The notes under the pieces are model-generated. The model was not told the DNA's origin and made no database searches. It saw only the letters and a list, made by a program, of their open reading frames with translations. Positions 47,821 to 55,778 of a stretch of 64,000 bases of DNA are shown here, one piece after another; the first letter of the stretch is position 1; every line of letters starts with the position of its first letter. The stretch spans positions 50,816 to 114,815 of IMG/VR virus record IMGVR_UViG_3300033072_001087. The stretch is one strand, 5' to 3'. This stretch comes from a virus (lineage: Duplodnaviria; Heunggongvirae; Uroviricota; Caudoviricetes). The position numbers and the translations under genes were made by a program.

Positions 47821-48421
47821 CGATCCGTCTTAGCTTGTACGTCGGGTAAGTACGTGTACATTCTGGAAAGCGAATATACGCTACATCGTCATCAACTCTA
47901 AAGATTTCACCGCTTGCGCCATCGAACGGCGCTACGCGGACCACATCCCCCACCATCACATGGGACTCAAGGTTATTCTTCACAGTCAGCGTTTCTAGTG
48001 GCAAATCAACTGCCGAACCGGACACCGAGACTAACGCCGATGTGCCGCGCACATCAAGTACACGGCACAAAATCCTTGCCGACTTGCCTTCAATCAAAGA
48101 ATCCGCGTACACATAAGCCCCGATCTCGATAAAGCCGATTTTGGGGTTGATGTCGCGCTCCACGAAATCGCGCAGCATCGCCTCGATCCGAAGCAGTTCC
48201 CCTTCTTTTCGGGTGTATACGCCAAGTCCGACCATCTTCACCAGCGCGCGAATGCGCCCGATCAAATATCCGCGCCGAAACGACTGCCCATCGTGTCTGC
48301 TTAACTTTACCTTATTTTTGCGCTGCCAGAGCGTTAATATCCGCTCTGGCGTCATCTCGCGCGCATTTCTGACAAACATCTCGCCGATGTCTTCGGCGAT
48401 TTTTTGGTACGTCTTCCGCAT
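47792..48421 (-). CDS. Hypothetical protein.
   Basis: 209-aa ORF. Confidence 0.35.
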   Translation of the reverse strand: MRKTYQKIAEDIGEMFVRNAREMTPERILTLWQRKNKVKLSRHDGQSFRRGYLIGRIRALVKMVGLGVYTRKEGELLRIEAMLRDFVERDINPKIGFIEIGAYVYADSLIEGKSARILCRVLDVRGTSALVSVSGSAVDLPLETLTVKNNLESHVMVGDVVRVAPFDGASGEIFRVDDDVAYIRFPECTRTYPTYKLRRIDADGTPTAT

Positions 48422-48428
48422 CGGTCAG

Positions 48429-48803
48429 CTAGTTCGTATACTTCGGCTTGGGCGCATTTTGCGCCATCTGCGCGCCTGTGACTGACGTGACCGCCTGTGC
48501 CAACGCAAACTCGACCTCGGTCTCGTAAATCATCTGCAGTAGCTCAAAGAGCGCTGACACGCGTGTCGCTTCCATGTCGTATTCGGCGATCGGCTCCCAT
48601 TCCACTTCATCGTTGAACACGAATGGAAGATACTCCCCGTCTCGTTCGACAAAGTTCACGTAACGGAACTTGTCTCCGTCCCGCTGTTCCACGATGTCAA
48701 TAAACTCGTCTGCGACTGGTACGCGCGCGATCAACAACCCGTGCGGGAATGTGTTTGGCGCTACCGGATTTCCAAGTTCTCCGCTTGCGTTCTGGTTATC
48801 CAC
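48429..48803 (-). CDS. Hypothetical protein, paralog A of a tandem pair.
   Basis: GELGNPVAPNTFPHGLLIARVPVADEFIDIVEQRDGDKFRYVNFVERDGEYL is a paralog of the next ORF. Confidence 0.4.
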   Translation of the reverse strand: MDNQNASGELGNPVAPNTFPHGLLIARVPVADEFIDIVEQRDGDKFRYVNFVERDGEYLPFVFNDEVEWEPIAEYDMEATRVSALFELLQMIYETEVEFALAQAVTSVTGAQMAQNAPKPKYTN

Positions 48804-49138
48804 TATGCACCAAACCCCTTGAGAATTTTTGCCATGCCCATCACAACGCTGTTCGCTTCATTGACCGACTTGCTCACAACCGACGCCATCGCCGCGTCCA
48901 GCATATGCCGATCCATCTTCTCAACCAGTTCTTGTGGGATGTCCATCGCTTGTTCTGTACGAATGTACTTGCCGTCTCGACCGCACACATAAACGTGGTA
49001 AGCCGGTTCGTTTTCGTCACCCTCGTCGATCAGATCGATAAATCCGGTGAATACGCTCTGGATTCTCGCTACCAATCTACCGCAGGGGTGCGTTTCGCGC
49101 TGCGCCGGTGTACCGATTTCGCCTATGTCAAAGTTCAT
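48803..49138 (-). CDS. Hypothetical protein, paralog B of a tandem pair.
   Basis: GEIGTPAQRETHPCGRLVARIQSVFTGFIDLIDEGDENEPAYHVYVCGRDGKYI aligns with the previous ORF. Confidence 0.4.
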   Translation of the reverse strand: MNFDIGEIGTPAQRETHPCGRLVARIQSVFTGFIDLIDEGDENEPAYHVYVCGRDGKYIRTEQAMDIPQELVEKMDRHMLDAAMASVVSKSVNEANSVVMGMAKILKGFGA

Positions 49139-49575
49139 TGCGTTTTCTCCTGTGTGAATATATCGTCAATTGACTCGCCGCATAACCGGATCGCCGCATA
49201 TAAGATCAACATTCCGGGTACGTACTTCCTGCGTTTGCCTAGTCCGATGGCGGAGGCTGTCTCTCTCAATCGCTTTCCCATCTGCGCCTGCAGCCCACGA
49301 ATGACACGCTTGTCTTCCGGTTCCATCCGCACGGATAAACGCCTGTAATCGTAGGCTGCACGGCTGTAATCCAGAAACAAGCCCGTGATCACGTCGCTAT
49401 CGGCGGTGAGAAACAGATTACGCTTGTCGCACTCAATCAGACAACGGCGAATGATCGCCTCTTTAGGAACAAGCCGCATCCCAATCGCCTCGAATTGAGG
49501 GCGAATTGCAGTGCCAACTTTCTCTAACGCCTCGTCGATCTTGGAATCGACGTAGTACCACGTTTTACTTACCAT
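49135..49575 (-). CDS. Hypothetical protein.
   Basis: 146-aa ORF. Confidence 0.35.
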   Translation of the reverse strand: MVSKTWYYVDSKIDEALEKVGTAIRPQFEAIGMRLVPKEAIIRRCLIECDKRNLFLTADSDVITGLFLDYSRAAYDYRRLSVRMEPEDKRVIRGLQAQMGKRLRETASAIGLGKRRKYVPGMLILYAAIRLCGESIDDIFTQEKTQ

Positions 49576-49624
49576 ACCTTACCCTACTGTTTAGAGGGAA
49601 TTATAGCACACGGTAGCATGAATT

Positions 49625-50143
49625 TCAAGGGTGAGGTTGATTGAATGTCAAGGCAAAAAAGGCGTCGGCGTCAATGTAGTTCGTTCCACCATTTTCTGCG
49701 GCTAGCTTATCCTCAATGCGATCACCGATGTAGACCGTTTCTTTGAGGTCGTACCCCAGCTTCTTTGCCAGAAAATGCAGCATTCCCGGCATTGGCTTCC
49801 GCCACTGCGGATCGAGCGAGAATCCATGTTCAGGGTGGTTGAGAGCGTACTGCATCTGTCGCGTATAAGCAACGGATGGATGCCACAGCGCCGCAGCGAA
49901 AGCATCAGCGTTCACCAATACGGATAGCGCCGATAGCTTGAGCAAGACATCGCCAAGCGTGACATAGCCGAGCGAAACCCCTGCTTGGTTCGTCGCAATG
50001 GCGATGGCGTTTCGCTTTGAGAGCCGACGGACCGCGCCTACGCGGTTGTAGTAGATGCTTTCCCCGAAAGACTTACCCGTGAGCGGCTTTGCGTTTTTCG
50101 AGTGTGCTAACGTGCCATCGAGATCAAAGATGTAAAGCATGGT
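49625..50143 (-). CDS. HAD-superfamily phosphatase.
   Basis: MLYIFDLDGTL (motif I DxDGT), and a late IGDRIEDKL...D motif. The N-terminal 150 aa of the track ORF are judged non-coding. Confidence 0.6.
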   Translation of the reverse strand, partial: TMLYIFDLDGTLAHSKNAKPLTGKSFGESIYYNRVGAVRRLSKRNAIAIATNQAGVSLGYVTLGDVLLKLSALSVLVNADAFAAALWHPSVAYTRQMQYALNHPEHGFSLDPQWRKPMPGMLHFLAKKLGYDLKETVYIGDRIEDKLAAENGGTNYIDADAFFALTFNQPHP

Positions 50144-50190
50144 GCCTCGTTTCTGGCGGATGCGTAGTGCATCCGCCAGTGCGTGTGTTC

Positions 50191-50391
50191 TTATTTCTTG
50201 ATACTGACTGAAACAAGCGGCTTTGATAGGCGGATGATGAGTAGCCATGCGATGAGCGCAATAGCACCCCAAAGCGGATTGACGCCAAATGTCCAGATCA
50301 CGATCGCCCATCCGATGATCCCGATAGACAGCATCACGCCAAGAAAAATCACGAATAGCGCCACGAATAACAACCCAAACAGCGTCTTCAT
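50191..50391 (-). CDS. Small two-TM membrane protein.
   Basis: 66 aa, two clear hydrophobic helices. Immediately downstream of the SPFH gene. Confidence 0.4.
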   Translation of the reverse strand: MKTLFGLLFVALFVIFLGVMLSIGIIGWAIVIWTFGVNPLWGAIALIAWLLIIRLSKPLVSVSIKK

Positions 50392-50402
50392 GACAGACTC
50401 CT

Positions 50403-51695
50403 TTAAGCCGGAGGTGTTGGCGAGACAGGAACGGCGGTCGGTGCAACAGGCGGAATGAACGGCATGACGCTATCGCTGTCCATGATGTCCGGCAGCTGTC
50501 CGTCCCATCGGCGCACAGCTTCCAGATAGATCGAGTCTGGGTTCTCTGCAAGCGCTTCGGCTTGTGCGCGCTGGACTTCGGCATTCGCCTGCCCAGCAAT
50601 CACAGTCGCGGTTGCTGCGGCTTGACCACTGACAACGAGCGCATTGTTATAGATCGCAGTCTGTGTCGCACCAGCAATCGCTGCATTTTGTTGTTCCTCG
50701 CGGATGTAGGACTCGTCAATCGCCTCTTGGATGCGAACATTGTCATAAACCAACCCATTCATGCCGCCCAAGACTTCAATGGTAATGCCGTCCTGTGCAA
50801 ATGCGGCCGCCACTTCTGTGCGTGCGATTTCCCAAATCATCGATTTTTCACGCTGTGCCTGATCGACCGTGCGCTGCCCAAACTCGCGATCCAGAACCAC
50901 CTGCACGCGATCACGCACAACCGAGTCCAGCACCGAACCGAGATCGCGCGCATAGCGAACAGTCGCAAGCGGATCGCTAACCGCAATCGTCCCGTAGTGC
51001 GCCAGATACAGCGCGGCGTCTTCGGCGGCAATACGCGCGGTAATCACCGCGCCCACTGCGATCCCTTGACTATCGACGCTCTCAACCATCAACGCTTCGA
51101 CGGAGTCGGCGTCTTGACCGGGCAGGATTTGTGTCCACTCGCGCGATACTTCGGTTAGCGGCACAAGAATAACCGTGTGACTCGGACGCCAGACGCCCGG
51201 CAGATCAAGGAATCCGCCTGTCTTTACCCATGAACGCGTGATCGGAATCTGTGGACGAAGATCGCTCAAGTTTTCCCAATACTGTTCATTATGTTCGATT
51301 TCGCTGGCGTCATCAATGCCAGCCGTCAGACTTACCGTAAATGCAGCATAATTCGACTCGACCGCCACAAATTCGCGCGGCGGCGAACATGCGCCAGCAC
51401 CAATCGCGACAATCAATACCACCGCAGACAACACGACCGATTTGGCGAACCGCTTGATCAGCGGCACCAGCACATCGATCGCTTGAAATAGAAACGCCAC
51501 AATCACCGACAGCCCAACGATATTGAGCAGCACGTTTTGAATGGCATAACGCGATGCTTCGACTTCACTGTAATTCCCTCGCGCACCTTCGATGGTGAGC
51601 CGCGCCGCCGCTTCCGTCATGCTTGGCATCACAATGCCGTAGATGATGAGCATGACCAAAAGTAACACTGCCAGAATTCCCGCTTTGCGCATCAT
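50403..51695 (-). CDS. SPFH/band-7 (stomatin/HflKC-like) membrane protein.
   Basis: N-terminal TM ILAVLLLVMLIIYGIV, then an SPFH-like core and an Ala/Gln-rich C-terminal coiled coil (AIAGATQTAIYNNALVVSGQAAATATVIAGQANAEVQRAQAEALAENPD). ATGA coupling to the upstream gene. Confidence 0.45.
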   Translation of the reverse strand: MMRKAGILAVLLLVMLIIYGIVMPSMTEAAARLTIEGARGNYSEVEASRYAIQNVLLNIVGLSVIVAFLFQAIDVLVPLIKRFAKSVVLSAVVLIVAIGAGACSPPREFVAVESNYAAFTVSLTAGIDDASEIEHNEQYWENLSDLRPQIPITRSWVKTGGFLDLPGVWRPSHTVILVPLTEVSREWTQILPGQDADSVEALMVESVDSQGIAVGAVITARIAAEDAALYLAHYGTIAVSDPLATVRYARDLGSVLDSVVRDRVQVVLDREFGQRTVDQAQREKSMIWEIARTEVAAAFAQDGITIEVLGGMNGLVYDNVRIQEAIDESYIREEQQNAAIAGATQTAIYNNALVVSGQAAATATVIAGQANAEVQRAQAEALAENPDSIYLEAVRRWDGQLPDIMDSDSVMPFIPPVAPTAVPVSPTPPA

Positions 51696-52188
51696 TCGAT
51701 TATCTCCAGACCTTTTCTCTTGTACAAGTCGATACGTTGTTCGGTCCACGCGTGCCGATCCAGCACGCGGCATACCCTATTTCGGATGTCATCGGCGTAA
51801 TACGACCACAATGACCATTCGTCCCGTTCATCCAGCACCAGCACACATGATGAGGCGGACAAGTCCGGTGTCAGCAGTAATTCAGCCTCACAGGATTGCG
51901 CCGGATGAATGATTTGCCACGCATCCCCCCGGAAATTGAGGTTGGTTCCGCGCTTGTAGTGCGTGATTTCGCCTGTTTCGTGCAGCGCGCACAAGCGCTT
52001 GTGCCAGCGGAAATACGCCGTCCAATCCTTCGCATATAGGTCAATATCGCCATAGAAGTCCGCTTGCCCTGTCAGCCACAGCGGATAGCCCCCTGCGATC
52101 ATCAAGCCGCTGCCGACCATTTCGCGCAGCAGCGGCTCGTGTCGAATGGCGCGGCGCAATTCAAGGCGTTCGATCTGTCCGTTCGCCA
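51692..52188 (-). CDS. Minimal nucleotidyltransferase-fold protein.
   Basis: GGYPLWLTGQADFYGDIDLY is a G[GS]-x9-13-DxD NTase motif. Start at 52188 with a ggag RBS. Confidence 0.4.
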
Positions 52189-52487
52189 TTGCATTCTCCG
52201 TAGTACAGCACTTGGTATTCCCGCGCTCTCCACGCGTTTTGCATGATATACGCCCCGTCATTCCGCTTGTACACGATGTATTGACGATTGAACGACGAAT
52301 CGACGCTGATAATTTGCGGGACTCCGTTTTCAATGCACACATCGTCAAGAATTGGCGTTCCGCGACTATCGCCGCTATTAGGCGGAAGCAAGATAATAAC
52401 CGTGATAAACACGGCGACCGCAAGAACTACCCCAACAAGAGCAGGGAATAGATCGTGCGCGATTAGACGCCGCAGCATTTTTCTCAT
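52161..52487 (-). CDS. Small protein with N-terminal TM anchor.
   Basis: ALVGVVLAVAVFITVIILL. Confidence 0.3.
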   Translation of the reverse strand: MRKMLRRLIAHDLFPALVGVVLAVAVFITVIILLPPNSGDSRGTPILDDVCIENGVPQIISVDSSFNRQYIVYKRNDGAYIMQNAWRAREYQVLYYGECNGERTDRTP

Positions 52488-53536
52488 TGCCACCACTTCC
52501 AATCGACGCGCGTGATGTTCAGCGGCACAAATTCGCGCTGCCAACCGAGTTCGTCGTACATCACGCGGTCAAAAAGCGCGAACAATTGTTCAGGCTTGTA
52601 CAGCCGCGCGTGCTTGTCCGCCAACGTACATGCCCTGAAGTATTTGACCATCGGTTCGGGCATATCCTGACACGCCCAAAGCATACACTTCGCCGCCATG
52701 TAAATATCGCTGGCAGGTACGGTATCGGTACTCCCAAGCAGCGTTTCGGTCGGATAAAAGTTCTCCCACCGGTCGATCATGTACGAGAACTTCGCGCCCG
52801 CCTCGACCGCGCATGTCCAGTCGATCAGGTAGCCGCGATGCTGTCCGCCGCCACCGATGCCACCGGGTTTGAGCAGGATGTTATCCGGCACTACCGCCCC
52901 GTGCAAGTAGCCAAAGGCGTGCGGGATGGTCAGCGCAGCCAGAACCCGCCGCCAGATCCACGAAATCGCTTTCACAGGAACATGACGATCATAGATGTCA
53001 GCAAGCGTTGTCAGCGAAATCAGTTCATCGCCCTTCACATCATCGCTGTAGGCGAGAATGTGATAGTAGCCGTCGTCGTCCATGTCGCTTTCGACGAGGC
53101 GCGGAATGTACTTGAACGCTTCGCCTTCGTACAACGGCAGCGCGTTGATCCGGTTTAGGATGGCTTCTTCGCGGTCGAACAAGTCTTTGTCGCCGGTGAG
53201 AAGCCGTTTTGTGACCGTCCCATCCGCATTCAACGTGACGGACGCGATTTCGCCGACGCCGAGCATGTGTGAATCATCTTCGACCCACAGCTCATATTTC
53301 GCGTTCAAGTCGGCGATGAAGTCCTCCGCCAGCCCGTACACTTCCTTGTCGCCCATGTGTGCATCGGGGTGATAGGACTTCACAAGCCGCCGCCGAACGT
53401 CGTCAATTTGCGCTTCGACGTTCCCAAAAACCATCGCCGGTGTCGATTGGCGCATCTGTGCGTGCAGTGAACGCAGTTGATCGCGTACGGGCAATTGCTG
53501 AAAAGTTTGCAGGTTCATGTGCGACTCCATTCGCAT
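52484..53536 (-). CDS. J-domain (DnaJ-like) fused to a protein-kinase-like fold.
   Basis: RRRLVKSYHPDAHMGD carries the HPD tripeptide of J-domains. YLHGAVVPDNILL resembles the kinase catalytic loop (HRDLKPENILL, with the Asp replaced), and YLIDWT is DFG-like. Confidence 0.4.
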   Translation of the reverse strand: MRMESHMNLQTFQQLPVRDQLRSLHAQMRQSTPAMVFGNVEAQIDDVRRRLVKSYHPDAHMGDKEVYGLAEDFIADLNAKYELWVEDDSHMLGVGEIASVTLNADGTVTKRLLTGDKDLFDREEAILNRINALPLYEGEAFKYIPRLVESDMDDDGYYHILAYSDDVKGDELISLTTLADIYDRHVPVKAISWIWRRVLAALTIPHAFGYLHGAVVPDNILLKPGGIGGGGQHRGYLIDWTCAVEAGAKFSYMIDRWENFYPTETLLGSTDTVPASDIYMAAKCMLWACQDMPEPMVKYFRACTLADKHARLYKPEQLFALFDRVMYDELGWQREFVPLNITRVDWKWWQ

Positions 53537-54663
53537 ACGCGCCGTCCATGCCCCATGATTTTCACGGGAGCGAATGCGGCGACTTCGATTAGCTCAACCA
53601 ATGACTTCAGCGAGTGTACTTCGATGTAGTCTTTCATTCCGATTCGATCTGTTCCGCGCAAATCGATAACATTCCATAGCTGTTCTGGATTGAATCGATC
53701 AACATGCGACAATGCGATTTCGTGAATGCCGCCCAGAATGTTGTCTGCGGCGTAACGCAGCAGCTTGCGGTCAAGCCAGCCAACGCGCCATGCTCCTTGT
53801 AGTTCCGGTAGTCCGTCGTGATTGTGTCGCTCGACTATTGCCTTACGATCGAGCATATGACTCTCTGACGGGAACGGTCCAACGCCATGCCGCGTGGCAT
53901 AGATGCGGGTTACGCCAACCCGCTTGACCTGTGTGCCGGACGGAATCATCTCCAGAGCGCCTGAAAATGTCGTATCGCTCGACGTGACATATGGGCGATA
54001 GCCGCGATCGCAATCCAACAGCGCTCCTTGTGCGCCTTCAAAGATAACGTGATCAAAGCCGCCGAGTACACTTTCGTCCGAAACGGCGGTCACGACGTTA
54101 TTCAATGCGTCGATCAAATCATCGCCGATTTCCCGATAGAAACTCTCCACCGGACAAATGCGCGCTTCAAGGTACTGCAGCTTCTCATAGACTCTTTGCG
54201 GATCGTTGATCAGATCGCATACGCGCAGCGCCATATCGGGATGGGTTTCTGCCCAGCGCTTCGTGGTGCCTACCCCATTCGCCGTCGTACCGCGCTTGTG
54301 TATGCTGGCGTTGATCAGCGACGTGTACTTGTGATACTCTGTCACGACCAACGCTTGCGGATGAACGATCAGCGCCGGATTTTCACCTAATAGGCGCAGC
54401 CGTTTGTATTCTGCCCACGCCTCGATCGGATCGAAACACACATGCCGACCAAGATACGTGGAAGCGCCCTCAAACGTGCCGCTTCCGAATTGACGGAAGG
54501 TGTGATGGCGAAAATCGTCCGATGTGACGTTGTGCGCAGCGTTCGCGCCACCGTTGTACCGCGCTACCATCTTAGCAGCGTGCTGGCGCGTCAAAAACGC
54601 GGTCGTCATGCCTTTACCTTCGTCGCCGAACCCAAGTCCGGCGACTACCGTTGCGCTTTTCAT
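53515..54663 (-). CDS. Adenylosuccinate synthetase homolog (PurA-like / possibly PurZ-like).
   Basis: GFGDEGKGMTTAFL (GDEGKGK P-loop), YNGGANAAHN (GGxNAGH), IFEGAQGALLDCDRGYRPYVTSSDTT (very close to PurA [25 protein letters not shown]), ATRHGVGPFPSE. At 382 aa it is shorter than bacterial PurA. Confidence 0.75.
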   Translation of the reverse strand: MKSATVVAGLGFGDEGKGMTTAFLTRQHAAKMVARYNGGANAAHNVTSDDFRHHTFRQFGSGTFEGASTYLGRHVCFDPIEAWAEYKRLRLLGENPALIVHPQALVVTEYHKYTSLINASIHKRGTTANGVGTTKRWAETHPDMALRVCDLINDPQRVYEKLQYLEARICPVESFYREIGDDLIDALNNVVTAVSDESVLGGFDHVIFEGAQGALLDCDRGYRPYVTSSDTTFSGALEMIPSGTQVKRVGVTRIYATRHGVGPFPSESHMLDRKAIVERHNHDGLPELQGAWRVGWLDRKLLRYAADNILGGIHEIALSHVDRFNPEQLWNVIDLRGTDRIGMKDYIEVHSLKSLVELIEVAAFAPVKIMGHGRRVCEWSRT

Positions 54664-55722
54664 TTACAGCCTGCGAAGTGTGTGTGATTGATCAGCGGTG
54701 ACGATCGAACCCGCGCCGAACAGCGTCAGCGCGCGATCGATGACTTGCAGCCCATTGCTCGTCGCGGTGTTGCCATTCGACAGGGCTTCCATGATTTGCT
54801 TCTTGCTTGCGCCTGCCGTGCGCGCGATCAACGCGGTTGTAAGTTCCGACATATCGGAAGCGTCCGCCATCTTGATCGTGCGTTCCGCGCCCAACAAGCC
54901 GCTCCAACGCGCAAAACAGTTGTCGCGGAAATCAGACCCGTAGCCGTCGCTTTCCGAACAAAGCACGCCAAACACATCATATTTCTTCTTGACTTCAGCG
55001 ACTAATTCTTCGATCTCCATATCCCGAAACGCCTCCTTTGGAAGCTCGCCGACAGTCGAACGCTGCATTTTGTCGCTCATCTCACCGTTACTGATAGTGC
55101 CGATGGGCTTGTCCCGATACAGACTGCGCAAGCGCGAGGCGTAGATTCGATCGTAAGGAAGCTCGTCGAACATGATGACAAGGATGCCTTTGCGCCCGTC
55201 TTTCCAGATTTCAAGATCGTTCTGGTAAGCAGCCGCCCACAACGCGGCTTCATAGGCTTCGTGCCCATTGCCGTAGCCGCGTCCCGCTGGCCACAGACGC
55301 TCAAGCCACTTGGTCATCACCGACAGATCGGCTTCGAATTGCGACAACTGCAGCGCCCCATCCGCATTATCGCCGTAATAATCGTCAACCGCGCCGATTT
55401 GGAGGTTTGGATGAAACTCCTCCGGGATAAGGTATTCCCACAGCCCGTGAATCTGCGGCATGTCGTCCATGATCTTCCGCGCTGCCTCCGCGTTCGATCC
55501 GGTCACGTCAACAATCAGACTCGCCGAAATCAACGTCTTGTCCGACCGATCTTTCGGCTTGAGCGAATAGCGTTTGCCGCCGAACGCCGGATCCAACGCT
55601 GGATGCAGGCTGCTGCCAGTCTGTACGGTTTTGCCGTTATAGCTGAAGACCGTGCCTCCCGTTGACCGATACGCCGAAACCGCTTGCGCGGTTTGCTGCG
55701 CGTTACCGCGTGATGCTCCCAT
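54664..55722 (-). CDS. von Willebrand factor A-like domain protein.
   Basis: LIVDVTGSN is a MIDAS-like DxSxS variant. Weak. Confidence 0.35.
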   Translation of the reverse strand: MGASRGNAQQTAQAVSAYRSTGGTVFSYNGKTVQTGSSLHPALDPAFGGKRYSLKPKDRSDKTLISASLIVDVTGSNAEAARKIMDDMPQIHGLWEYLIPEEFHPNLQIGAVDDYYGDNADGALQLSQFEADLSVMTKWLERLWPAGRGYGNGHEAYEAALWAAAYQNDLEIWKDGRKGILVIMFDELPYDRIYASRLRSLYRDKPIGTISNGEMSDKMQRSTVGELPKEAFRDMEIEELVAEVKKKYDVFGVLCSESDGYGSDFRDNCFARWSGLLGAERTIKMADASDMSELTTALIARTAGASKKQIMEALSNGNTATSNGLQVIDRALTLFGAGSIVTADQSHTLRRL

Positions 55723-55778
55723 GTGATCGTCCTTTCATATCCTATATTGAACTATTATAACACACCGCGCTTGTTAGT

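Noticed and set aside
50144-50599. N-terminal 150 aa of the track ORF 49625-50599
   Set aside because: Overlaps a convincing small membrane-protein gene and the 3' end of the SPFH gene. The HAD domain begins at the internal Met.
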